A stretch of DNA of 64,000 nucleotides from Clostridia bacterium (GTDB lineage: Bacteria > Bacillota > Clostridia > UMGS1883), in the NCBI GenBank assembly GCA_017411435.1, contig JAFQQD010000014.1, positions 20,783 through 84,782 of the forward strand, written 5' to 3'. A program made the position numbers and the translations under genes. Every line of letters starts with the position of its first letter. Within the stretch, counting starts at the first letter, position 1. The notes beneath the pieces are model-generated. The model ran no database searches. It had not been told where the DNA came from and saw only the letters and a list, made by a program, of their open reading frames with translations. Shown in pieces: positions 39,574-49,200 of this stretch.

Positions 39574-40203
39574 TCAAACTCCCATTTTTTTGCAAATGGG
39601 ATTACACGGACAAGAGCTGCACTTCGGATTTCTTGCTGTACAAAACGCTCTGCCGTGCAAAACAAGGCGATGGCAAAAATCACTGTGTTTTTCACGCGGT
39701 AAAAGGTTTTCGGTGTCTTTCTCAACGCGTGTAGGCTCGGTCTCTTTTGTAAGTCCAACGCGTTTTAATATCCTTTTTGCGTGGGTGTCGATAACCATTC
39801 CGCCTTTGCCGAAAATATCACCAAGAACAAGATTTGCAGTTTTCCTGCCAACTCCTGCAAGTGAGAGCAAATCCTCCATATTATCAGGAACTTCTCCGCC
39901 AAAATCCGAGGCGATTCTTCTGCAACACTCAATAATGTTTTTAGCCTTGTTGTGATAAAACCCCGTTGATTTTATATCTTTTTCAAGTTCTTCCAGGTCA
40001 GCGCTCGCAAAAGCATTTACATCGGGGTACTTGGGGAACAGTGTCTTTGTTACTATGTTAACACGCGCATCAGTACATTGCGCTGAGAGCATTGTTGCAA
40101 TAAGAAGCTGAATGGGGGTTTCATATTCAAGAGAGCATATTCCTTCAGGATAAAGCTCTTTTAATATATCAAAAAAGGCCTGCGCCCGTTCCTTTCTTCG
40201 CAT
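39574..40203 (-). CDS. nth: Endonuclease III
   Basis: LSAQCTD, HhH GVGRKTA, IDTH, C-x6-C-x2-C-x5-C cluster. Confidence 0.96.
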   Translation of the reverse strand: MRRKERAQAFFDILKELYPEGICSLEYETPIQLLIATMLSAQCTDARVNIVTKTLFPKYPDVNAFASADLEELEKDIKSTGFYHNKAKNIIECCRRIASDFGGEVPDNMEDLLSLAGVGRKTANLVLGDIFGKGGMVIDTHAKRILKRVGLTKETEPTRVEKDTENLLPREKHSDFCHRLVLHGRAFCTARNPKCSSCPCNPICKKMGV

Positions 40204-40301
40204 AAAATCACCTCGATCATATTTTAACATAAAACACTTGTTTTTGAAAGAAAAAATTTGTATAATGTATGTAATGGATATTTATGAAAGGAAGAGTAAA
40301 G

Positions 40302-41558
40302 ATGCGCAGTCCGTTGGCAGACAGAATACGGCCCCAATCGCTTTTGGATGTTGTTGGTCAGAAACACATTCTTTCCGAGGGGAAAATTCTTTACAACATA
40401 ATACAAAGCGGCGACATCCCCAATATGATTTTCTATGGGCCTTCAGGCACGGGAAAAACAACTGTTGCCAATATTGCCGCTAAAAATGCGGGAAAGCCTC
40501 TTTATAAGCTCAATGCAACCAATGCGTCTGTTTCTGATATTAAGGCAATGCTTCAGGAAGCAGAAACAATGCTCGGTGCAGACGGGGTGATACTCTATCT
40601 TGACGAGATTCAGAATTTCAATAAAAAGCAGCAGCAGTCACTCCTCGAATGTATTGAAAACGGCAAGGTAACACTTATAGCGTCAACTACCGAAAATCCG
40701 TATTTTTATATATATAATGCGATACTTTCGCGCTCTACCGTATTTGAATTTTACGGCGTTGAAACAGGCGAAATAAAAACCGCTCTTTACAGGGCCAAGG
40801 AAAAACTTGACTTCCCCATTGTTCTCGAGGAGGATGCGGCAGAGCATATTGCAGCCACGGCCTGCGGAGATGTGCGCAAGGCGCTTAACGCCCTTGAAGT
40901 AGCCGTAATGGCAACTGCGCCTGACGAAAATCAGAATGTTACAATAACGCTTAATATTGCAGAGGCAGTAACGATGAAAAAGGCGTTCCGCCACGACCGT
41001 GACGGAGACAGCCATTACGATGTATTGAGTGCATTCCAGAAATCTGTCCGCGGCAGCGACCCTGACGGAGCACTTCATTACCTTGCACGACTTGTAAGTG
41101 CAGGCGATTTGCAAAGTATATGCCGCAGAATACTTGTCATGGCGGCGGAGGATATCGGTCTTGCATATCCTAACGCGATTGTAATCACTAAATCCTGTGT
41201 GGATGCGGCACTTCAGCTCGGCTTTCCTGAGGCACGGATACCCCTTGCCGAAGCAGTCGTAATGCTTGCAACTGCGCCCAAATCAAACAGCGCAATCTGT
41301 GCAATTGATGCGGCTCTTTCCGATATTGAAAGCGGAAAGATGGGCGATATCCCTGCTCATTTGAAGGATGCTCATTACAGCGGTGCGAAAAAACTCGGTC
41401 ACGGCATAGACTATAAATATCCGCACGCGTATCCCAACCACTATGTAAAACAGCAGTATCTTCCCGATACGCTTAAAAACAAAAAATACTATATTTACGG
41501 AGACAGTAAACTCGAACAGCAGACAAAAGCCTACTGGGACAGTATTAAAGAGAAATAA
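40302..41558 (+). CDS. rarA: Replication-associated recombination protein A
   Basis: PLADRIRP, Walker A GPSGTGKT, SAFQKS.RGSD, EDIGLA motifs. Confidence 0.95.
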   Translation: MRSPLADRIRPQSLLDVVGQKHILSEGKILYNIIQSGDIPNMIFYGPSGTGKTTVANIAAKNAGKPLYKLNATNASVSDIKAMLQEAETMLGADGVILYLDEIQNFNKKQQQSLLECIENGKVTLIASTTENPYFYIYNAILSRSTVFEFYGVETGEIKTALYRAKEKLDFPIVLEEDAAEHIAATACGDVRKALNALEVAVMATAPDENQNVTITLNIAEAVTMKKAFRHDRDGDSHYDVLSAFQKSVRGSDPDGALHYLARLVSAGDLQSICRRILVMAAEDIGLAYPNAIVITKSCVDAALQLGFPEARIPLAEAVVMLATAPKSNSAICAIDAALSDIESGKMGDIPAHLKDAHYSGAKKLGHGIDYKYPHAYPNHYVKQQYLPDTLKNKKYYIYGDSKLEQQTKAYWDSIKEK

Positions 41559-41864
41559 AAAATGACGAGGAGTTAGAGGCGTGCTCTAAAGTAATGTCGG
41601 TAAGCGTCAAGCGGTGTAACTACTGAAGTTGCACCGCTTGACCTTATGAAAGGAAAGAAACTTGTTTGAAAGCAGTATGCCGCTATGGTAAACAGAAAAG
41701 AATTTGCAAGAAATGACACGATGAAAGATATTTATACTAAGCGTTGTGTTTGCAGCCGCGCCGAAGATTCAAGAAGATTTGCTGTGAAACAGAATAAGCC
41801 CGAACATACAAGCGAAAATCAGCTTGCATATTCGGGCTTAATTTGTATCTTAAAATCCGCACAT

Positions 41865-41893
41865 TTGTCAAAAAGAAATTATTGGAATATACT
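41865..41893 (+). promoter_or_regulatory. Putative sigma-A promoter of the recombinase
   Basis: TTGTCA-17 bp-TATACT. Confidence 0.55.
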
Positions 41894-41975
41894 ATGTGAA
41901 GCAAATCTTTGACAGCTTCACGGATATACTTTATGAAAATGGTAGAATATATACAGAAGAAAGGAAGTTGTTAAA

Positions 41976-42827
41976 ATGAAATTATTAACCAAGGAACTAA
42001 TTCAGAAATTCAAAATTTATTTAATCAATGAAGAAAAAGCGGAAGCGACCATTGAGAAATATATGCGAGATATATGCGCATTTATGGAGTGGATTTGCGA
42101 GAAGGAAGTGTGCAAGGAGTATGTTTTGCATTACAAAAAAGAACTTATAGAAAAATATGCTCCAGCAAGTGTAAATTCGATGCTTTCGTCACTCAATGCA
42201 TTTTTTGCTTACAATGAATGGTATGAACTCAGAGTAAAATCCATTAAAATTCAAAAGCAAATATTTAGTGCTAAAGAGAAGGAACTTACAAAAGCGGAAT
42301 ATGAAAGGCTTATCAATGCCGCAAAGAGTAAAAACAACAAAAGATTATATTATCTAATGCAGACTATTTGTTCCTGTGGCCTGAGAGTATCGGAATTGAA
42401 ATTCATTACAACAGATGCCGTAAGGCGTGGACAAGCAACAATTAACTGCAAGGGAAAGATGAGAATTGTTATTTTGCCAAAACAGCTTTGCAAAATGCTC
42501 GCAGTTTATATGAAAGAAAACAATGTAAAAAGCGGCTCCGTGTTTGTAAGCAAAAACGGAAGACCGCTTAACAGGTCAAATATATGGTCTGATATGAAAA
42601 AACTCTGTGAATCTGCCGGAGTTTCCAAAGATAAGGTATTCCCTCATAATCTCAGACATCTTTTTGCAAGAACATATTACTCTCTTCAAAAAGATATAGT
42701 AAGACTAGCTGACATCTTGGGTCATTCAAGCGTAAATACTACGAGAATATATACTATGGAAAGTGGAGATGTTCACAGAAAGCAAATTCAAAAACTAGGG
42801 TTACTCCTGTGTAATAATACATTATAA
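41976..42827 (+). CDS. Tyrosine recombinase (Xer-like, no arm-binding domain); probable invertase
   Basis: Complete catalytic set GLRVSE, KGK, HNLRH, LGH, TTRIY; 283 aa. Confidence 0.93.
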   Translation: MKLLTKELIQKFKIYLINEEKAEATIEKYMRDICAFMEWICEKEVCKEYVLHYKKELIEKYAPASVNSMLSSLNAFFAYNEWYELRVKSIKIQKQIFSAKEKELTKAEYERLINAAKSKNNKRLYYLMQTICSCGLRVSELKFITTDAVRRGQATINCKGKMRIVILPKQLCKMLAVYMKENNVKSGSVFVSKNGRPLNRSNIWSDMKKLCESAGVSKDKVFPHNLRHLFARTYYSLQKDIVRLADILGHSSVNTTRIYTMESGDVHRKQIQKLGLLLCNNTL

Positions 42828-42849
42828 CATAATTTGTATTATGTTATAA
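42822..42849 (+). other. Recombination site L (dif-like 11-6-11)
   Basis: ttataacataa-tttgta-ttatgttataa; perfectly palindromic arms. Confidence 0.85.
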
Positions 42850-42882
42850 CATCACAGACACTAAACCTAATTATACAGTATT

Positions 42883-42911
42883 ATTATAGCATGCAAAGGT
42901 AGAAAAGTCAA
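42883..42911 (-). promoter_or_regulatory. Invertible sigma-A promoter, pointing leftward (OFF orientation for the surface operon)
   Basis: Minus strand TTGACT-17 bp-TATAAT with extended -10 TG, between the two inverted sites. Confidence 0.8.
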
Positions 42912-42975
42912 TGATTTGCAATTAATTTACATAATTTTATATTTCTTTCGGATATTTGAACAAAAATAGACAACG

Positions 42976-43022
42976 AAAAATAGGCCAATGTAATAATTTC
43001 TGACAACATTGGTCTTTTTTTC
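42976..43022. terminator. Terminator-like hairpin inside the invertible segment
   Basis: aaaaa-taggccaatgt...acattggtct-ttttttt. Confidence 0.55.
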
Positions 43023-43072
43023 GTGTGCAAATTGACACATATGCCCTATACAAGGAAAATATATCAATAACT

Positions 43073-43100
43073 ACACTACATAATACAAATTATGTAGTAA
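43073..43100 (-). other. Recombination site R (dif-like 11-6-11), inverted relative to site L
   Basis: acactacataa-tacaaa-ttatgtagtaa; spacer is the reverse complement of the site L spacer. Confidence 0.85.
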
Positions 43101-43234
43101 CTGTCAGTGGATAAAACTATGTATATAAAATTAAAAAAGCAAAGGGGGTTAAACCATGGAAAGGCTTGATAGTAGCTAGTTATTCTTATCATGGAAACTC
43201 AACAAGTAAGACATTTAGAAAGGAACATGCAAAC

Positions 43235-46200
43235 ATGAAATCTAAAAAAATTATAGCTTGGATATTGTTTATGGCAATGCTTGTTACAATGATACCAAGC
43301 TCACTTGTCTTTGCGGCAACAGATGGTGCCGCTGTACTGTCAACTGCTTCGATGACTAGAGATGCTATTGAGGCAGTTACAGGAAAAGGTTTCAAAGTAG
43401 AAAATGGTACAGATTTTCCGCTTTTGAACAACAAAAATGCTGGAATGTTTGATTCTTCGGTTACAGATATTACATATTTTAGAAGAACACAGGACATTAT
43501 TATCAAAGCTGAGTCTGCAGATGGACAATTTTACGATGCAGATGGTAATGTACCTGAAGGTACTTTAAAAATTGCCTACAAAGATGTTTCAGGAAATTTA
43601 CTTAAATTGGACGAAACTAACGGATTTGAATTAAGAGAATTAAAAGCAGGTGAAGATGCTTGGATAGAAATTCATCCAAATCCTTCAATTTGTGATGCCC
43701 AAGTTACAATTTATAATCTTGGTAAATTTTGGACAGAGGCAGAGCCAGAAGATAAATTCAAATTGACAGCATCTGAAATTGCTACAGCTGATCATATTAT
43801 TACAGCACATTTATTTAATGCGATTGGTGATCAGTTCGCAGGTTACATTTCGATTAAAGCGGTAGATAGCAACGGGAAAGTACACGAAACAGATTATCCG
43901 GTTGTTGCTGATGGTCAGTATCCTTCTTCAAATATTTCTACTGTTACGACAAGACATAATTACGGCGAATACAATGTTGGAACTTTACCTACAGTGGAAG
44001 ACACTTTTATTGCAAGTACCGATTTTGAAGAAGCGTTTGATTACGAAAAGTATTCCGATGATGCAGGTAATACTATGCATCCTTATGTAAGCTTAAGACA
44101 TCCGGAAGTTAATAAAGCTGATTTAAAAAAAGCTTTGCAACATGCAGACGAAACTGTATGGACGATGAATGACGTTACAATCGAATCTATTACAGTTTTA
44201 GATGAAGAAGTTACTTCTGGAATTGCCGACGTTAAATACTATATTGATAATATTCAGGATGTAGATAAGATTGATGTTGAAGTGGCTCACACAAGTACAT
44301 CGGTAAATATTACTGATGATTTGGCATATGATGCAAGTTTAAAACAGTGGAATTATACTACACCTATCACAATTTCTGATGAAGGCATGACAATCTTAAC
44401 ACTTGTGATTGAAGACAACGCAGGGCTTGTTAAGACAAACAGATATTATTTCTTTATTGACAAGGAAGCTCCCGTAGCAAAGTTTAATCTTGTTGAATTA
44501 AATAAGAATGTTAAGAGCGATGTTTCGTTATTTACTGTTGCTGATGTAGTAACAAACAGACAACAGGCAATAAATATGGAAGCTAGCACTGATAATAAAG
44601 TTGCAGGTGTTACTTTTGTTTCTGAATTACGCGCAAAAGATGATGCAGGTGATAAGGTTATCATAACAAACGATAAAAAGTATCAGTACCGCTTACTTGC
44701 AACTAAAGTTGGCGAGGTTGCAAAAGATACAGATGGTGACGGTGACAACGATGTTCCGGCAGATTATACCGACGTTGTTGTTGACAAAAAAGGAAATGAT
44801 TTAAGCGGTTGGAAAGTTTGGACCGGCGAAACAGAAACCCCTGTTATAGATAAAGAATTTGATGGTATTGTTCAGGTGCGTGTTCAGGATAGAGCAGGTA
44901 ACTGGTCTTCTATCGTTTCAACAACAAGCGATGGAAAAGAAACAATAATTACAGATAACACTAACCCTGTAATTGATGTTAAAGAGTATGCTCTTAACTC
45001 AAATGCTGATACAAGCGGCAATACCGCAGATGAAATTATTAATGGTACTGCTACAGATATCTTGGTACACAGTGGCGAAACTGAAGAAACCAAGGGTGAA
45101 ATTGAAAACGAAGTTATTCATACAACCACAGGCGATGAAGCTCCTTGGATTAATGATTCTGCAGTATTAGAAGTAAAGATTACTGATGAGGATCTTGTTA
45201 ACGCAATCCGTTCATCCGGTCTTAACAAAGGTCAGATTAATGTAAAAGCAGAATTCAACGCCGAAAATGAGAACAAAAAGATTAAAATCTGGAACAAAAA
45301 TGGTGTTGATAAGAAGAATATTGATGATTCTTTCAACCTTACAGAAGATTATATTTTCGGAACAGAGACTGATAAAGATTTAACATTCTATGTTGAATAC
45401 GAAGGAACTGGTGTTGTTGATATCACTGTTTCTGTTAAAGACCAGGCTGATGTAAATGATGCTGATGTTTTCTCATCAATTTATAAGACTCAGCTTCGAG
45501 TTGATAAAATTAATCCTTACATTATATATAAGGGATACGATATCACAGATGATGCCGAGAAAGATTTATTGAAAGCAAACAACGAAAAAGTTGATTACGA
45601 AGTTCGTAATATGCCCTGGGGACCAAACAGTCAGGTTCTTGAAGTTGTTGTGAAAGATGATGATATCACTCCGGTACAGTCAAAAACTAAAAATATAAAA
45701 TTCAACGCTGACAAAGCATTAGATTTGTATAAGTTTAACGGTGATAAATTTACAAAAGTTAAAACTTGTGGCGCAGGCAGTAATAACATCGTATTACTTG
45801 GTAATTGCGAAGAGCTTCCTAATGAAAAGTATGAAGCTAATGTTGGTTATAAGTTCTATCTCGTATATGAAGGTACAGGTGTTGCAAAGGTTGAATTCTT
45901 TGCAGATGATTCAGCTAAAGAGCCTAATGTAAGGGATTATCCTTCTATCGCAACAGCTGCCGATGCAGAACCCGTATTGTACGATGCAATGCTTCGCGTT
46001 GATAAAATCAACCCTGAAATTAAAAATGTTACTCTTGTTCAAACATCTGATGATGTAAATGACAGTATTTCTTTATTTACAATTAATAAGACAGATGATG
46101 TTGAAGTTAACACAAGAAAGAAAATGAAGGTAATATTTGAAATTGTTGATAACAATTCTGCAAATGATGTTCTGGATGGAGCGAATAGTGAACAGTCTGG

Positions 46201-49200
46201 CGTTAACATTCAGGACGAATATCTTGATACAGATTTAATCGATGTTTGCGGTAAATATGTTGTTAATGATAAGGAACATCTATATGAAAATGTGGATGAT
46301 CCCACATATGTAACAAATGGTGCAAATGATATAGCGGCAGATCCTCATATTGATTTCATTCTTATCCCTGCCGAAATAGGTGTTGTTGACAGTAAGGTTG
46401 GTGGCAAGTTCTTAGTTGAACTTCCAGTAAAGACAGATAATGACAGTATAAAAAAATGGGTCGATGACAGTATTGCTAAATGGGAAGAAGAAAAAATTTC
46501 TGTTACATGGCAGAATGCATCATGGGAAGATGGTGGAATTGTTATTCCCAATGAATTTCAGGGTGCAATCGTTCTTAGAACAATTGACCGTGTAGGTAAT
46601 ATAGATTATTCAAAACCTATCACATTTGTTGCAGAATCAAGAGAAGCTATAATTGAATTCAATCCACAGGCAGGCTTTATCTATTCACAGAACAACTACG
46701 GTTGGTCAAAACGTAACAATGATTATGTTGAAATTCGTGTGAAAGATAATAATGAAACAGCAGTTGCTGATGCATGGATTGAAAACGTATTCATCAAAGT
46801 TACTGACTTTGAAGGTAATGAAATGGATGCAGAATTTGCATACACTTTAGATGGCACAACCGCTGTAAATGTTTCAAAATATAATTATAAAGCATTAGCA
46901 GATAGCGGGAAATACCATGTTGATTATGGATATGATGTTATCGATGGTAAAGGACTGGTCGAAACAACAATTCGTGATGAAGAAGGTTATATTCATCTCG
47001 GTTATGTAAAAGTATCTGAAAGTGCAAAGATTGAGGTTACTATCTTTGATAAAGCAAAAGCAAACGATGTCGAATACACAGGCAATAAAACGACTGCCAC
47101 ATGGATCACACGATTTGATCGCACCGCTCCAATAATTGGTGAATTTAGCTTGGAAAAATTAGATTCAGATGGTTATTCATTAGTATTGCAGGCGGACGAT
47201 GCTGAATCAGGTATGGCTCCTGCTATTACAGATAGCGAATACAACAATTATAAAGCAGAAAATATTCCAAATAATATTTTTGGCACAGAAACATCATATT
47301 TATATAATGTAAAAAATGACGTTGATGAAGAAGTTGTAAGATTTAATAGCGGAGTATTTAACCAAGGACAGTATGAACTTCCCGGTTTGCAGTATGCTCT
47401 TCTTGAAGAAGGAGATACACTTGAAGATATTGAACCTTGGGAATTTGAAAAAGATCCCAACGGACAGATTGATAAAGTTGACGCATTTGATGATAATGGT
47501 TACCACAGAGGAAAATTTGGCAAAACGCTTGTATGGCATAACTATAAGGATGCTATGACAAAAGTTGTTGATGGAGATTTTAATGGCTACATCGTTGTTA
47601 GAGCAATTGACAGAGCAGGTAACATAACAGTAATGGGTTATGCTCCAACACTTGACGTTACAGCAGATGATGCTTGGAAAAATGAAACACAATATATTAA
47701 TGTTAAAGCACTTGATATCAGTGGGGATACTGTTAACAAAGTAGAATATTATGGTAACAATGGATTGCTGTATCCTGAAGGAGCGAAAAGAGATATAACA
47801 ACAGAAGCTCTCAGCGGTGAAGGTGCATTTGTTGAAGTGGTTGAGGAAGGTATAACAAAGGTTATCGTAAGAGCCTCTAAATCATATGCTGATGAAAAAG
47901 CAATTACTCTTGGTGAAAGCGGATTGAGAAATGATATCTGGGAAGGCAATCTTATTCTTGGCAATCCTACAGCTACAGGATATGAAGATTGGAAATATCA
48001 GATTACTGATGTTAAGATTGATAAAACTGCTCCTACATTTAACTTTGAACTTAAAGGTGATACAGCAACCGAGAAAGATAAAAAGTTAACAGAGACAGAT
48101 GTAGCAGTTGGTCCAATCACAATTAACATAGTAGATGCAAATGATCCTACTCCCAACAAAGATGATGACACAATGTCTCATATTGCATCAGGAATTAAAA
48201 CTGTCGATGGAATGGAAATTATTGAATGGTGTGCGATTCCTGAAGGTTCTGAGGAGGAAATTTGGAAGAACTATAACGAGGATGGCGGCGAAGTTGATTT
48301 TGCAAACTTTACAGGAACAATAAAGATTCGTGTGACTGATAATGCCGGCAACGTAACGGAAAAATCACAAAGAATTAAAATTGACAGTGCATTGCCGATT
48401 ATCAGTATTTTAAAATCTCATAATGAAAAGTGTAGTCATGAACCTGTAGATGTGTTTGTAACAGTATCTGAAAGTGTTGAGTTTTCTGATGTGAAAAAGG
48501 TTGAATATACAATTACACATCCAGTTTGCGTTAAGGAAGAGTGCACCACAGAAGATTGTCCTTTGGAAGATCATCGCAAGGAAACAGGTAGTCTTCCGTT
48601 GACAGGTGGTACAATTTCTGTTGACAGAGAAGGTATAACAACAATTAAAGTAACTGCTTATAATAAAGCAAATGTTCCTTCAGAACCAGCAGAAACAAAT
48701 GTAATTATTCATTATGAAGATTTAGCTGTTCCAAGCCTTACAACAGTAGAGGATAAAACAATTAAATCAGGCGACTGGATATTTGATAATACAACAACCG
48801 CAATTACTGGTGTAGTGAATGTTAAATATCCGATAAGTGATACACTTAGTGATGTTGATAATAGTCGCATGGTTTACTATTCATTAAATGGTAGCACTTG
48901 GGAGAAAGTTGTAGATAATAGAATTACAGGCTTAACCGCTGGTGCAAATACTATTAGACTTCAGGCACGTTGTGAAAATTGCATTTGCGAAAGTGATGTA
49001 GTTACATACGTTGTTAATTATCACAATCCAGAAGAGATGCCCAACATTTCCGTAACTTATGATGATAACGAATCTTCAAATTGGCAGAAAGAAGCAGCTG
49101 TTGTCTCAATTGCTGCAAACCGCGGCGAATCTCCTGCAGAAATTCAGTCAATTTCTTATGAGCTTGGTTCTGGTTCTGCCACACTTCCTAAGTATTATTT

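Noticed and set aside
41685-41912. 75-aa ORF upstream of the recombinase
   Set aside because: No RBS or recognisable motif; it overlaps hairpins and the putative promoter.
42822-42849. Chromosomal dif site
   Set aside because: There are two sites in inverted orientation beside a dedicated recombinase, and site L has identical symmetric arms. That fits a single-enzyme inversion system rather than the lone asymmetric XerC/XerD dif.
43032-43060. Plus-strand promoter (TTGACA-17-GAAAAT) driving the operon in the current orientation
   Set aside because: The -10 lacks the critical first T; at most weak. It cannot be fully excluded without TSS data.
43135-43200. c-di-GMP riboswitch in the leader of the giant gene
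   Set aside because: Only a superficial 'aaacc...gaaa' resemblance; the paired stems and GCAAA motif arrangement are missing.
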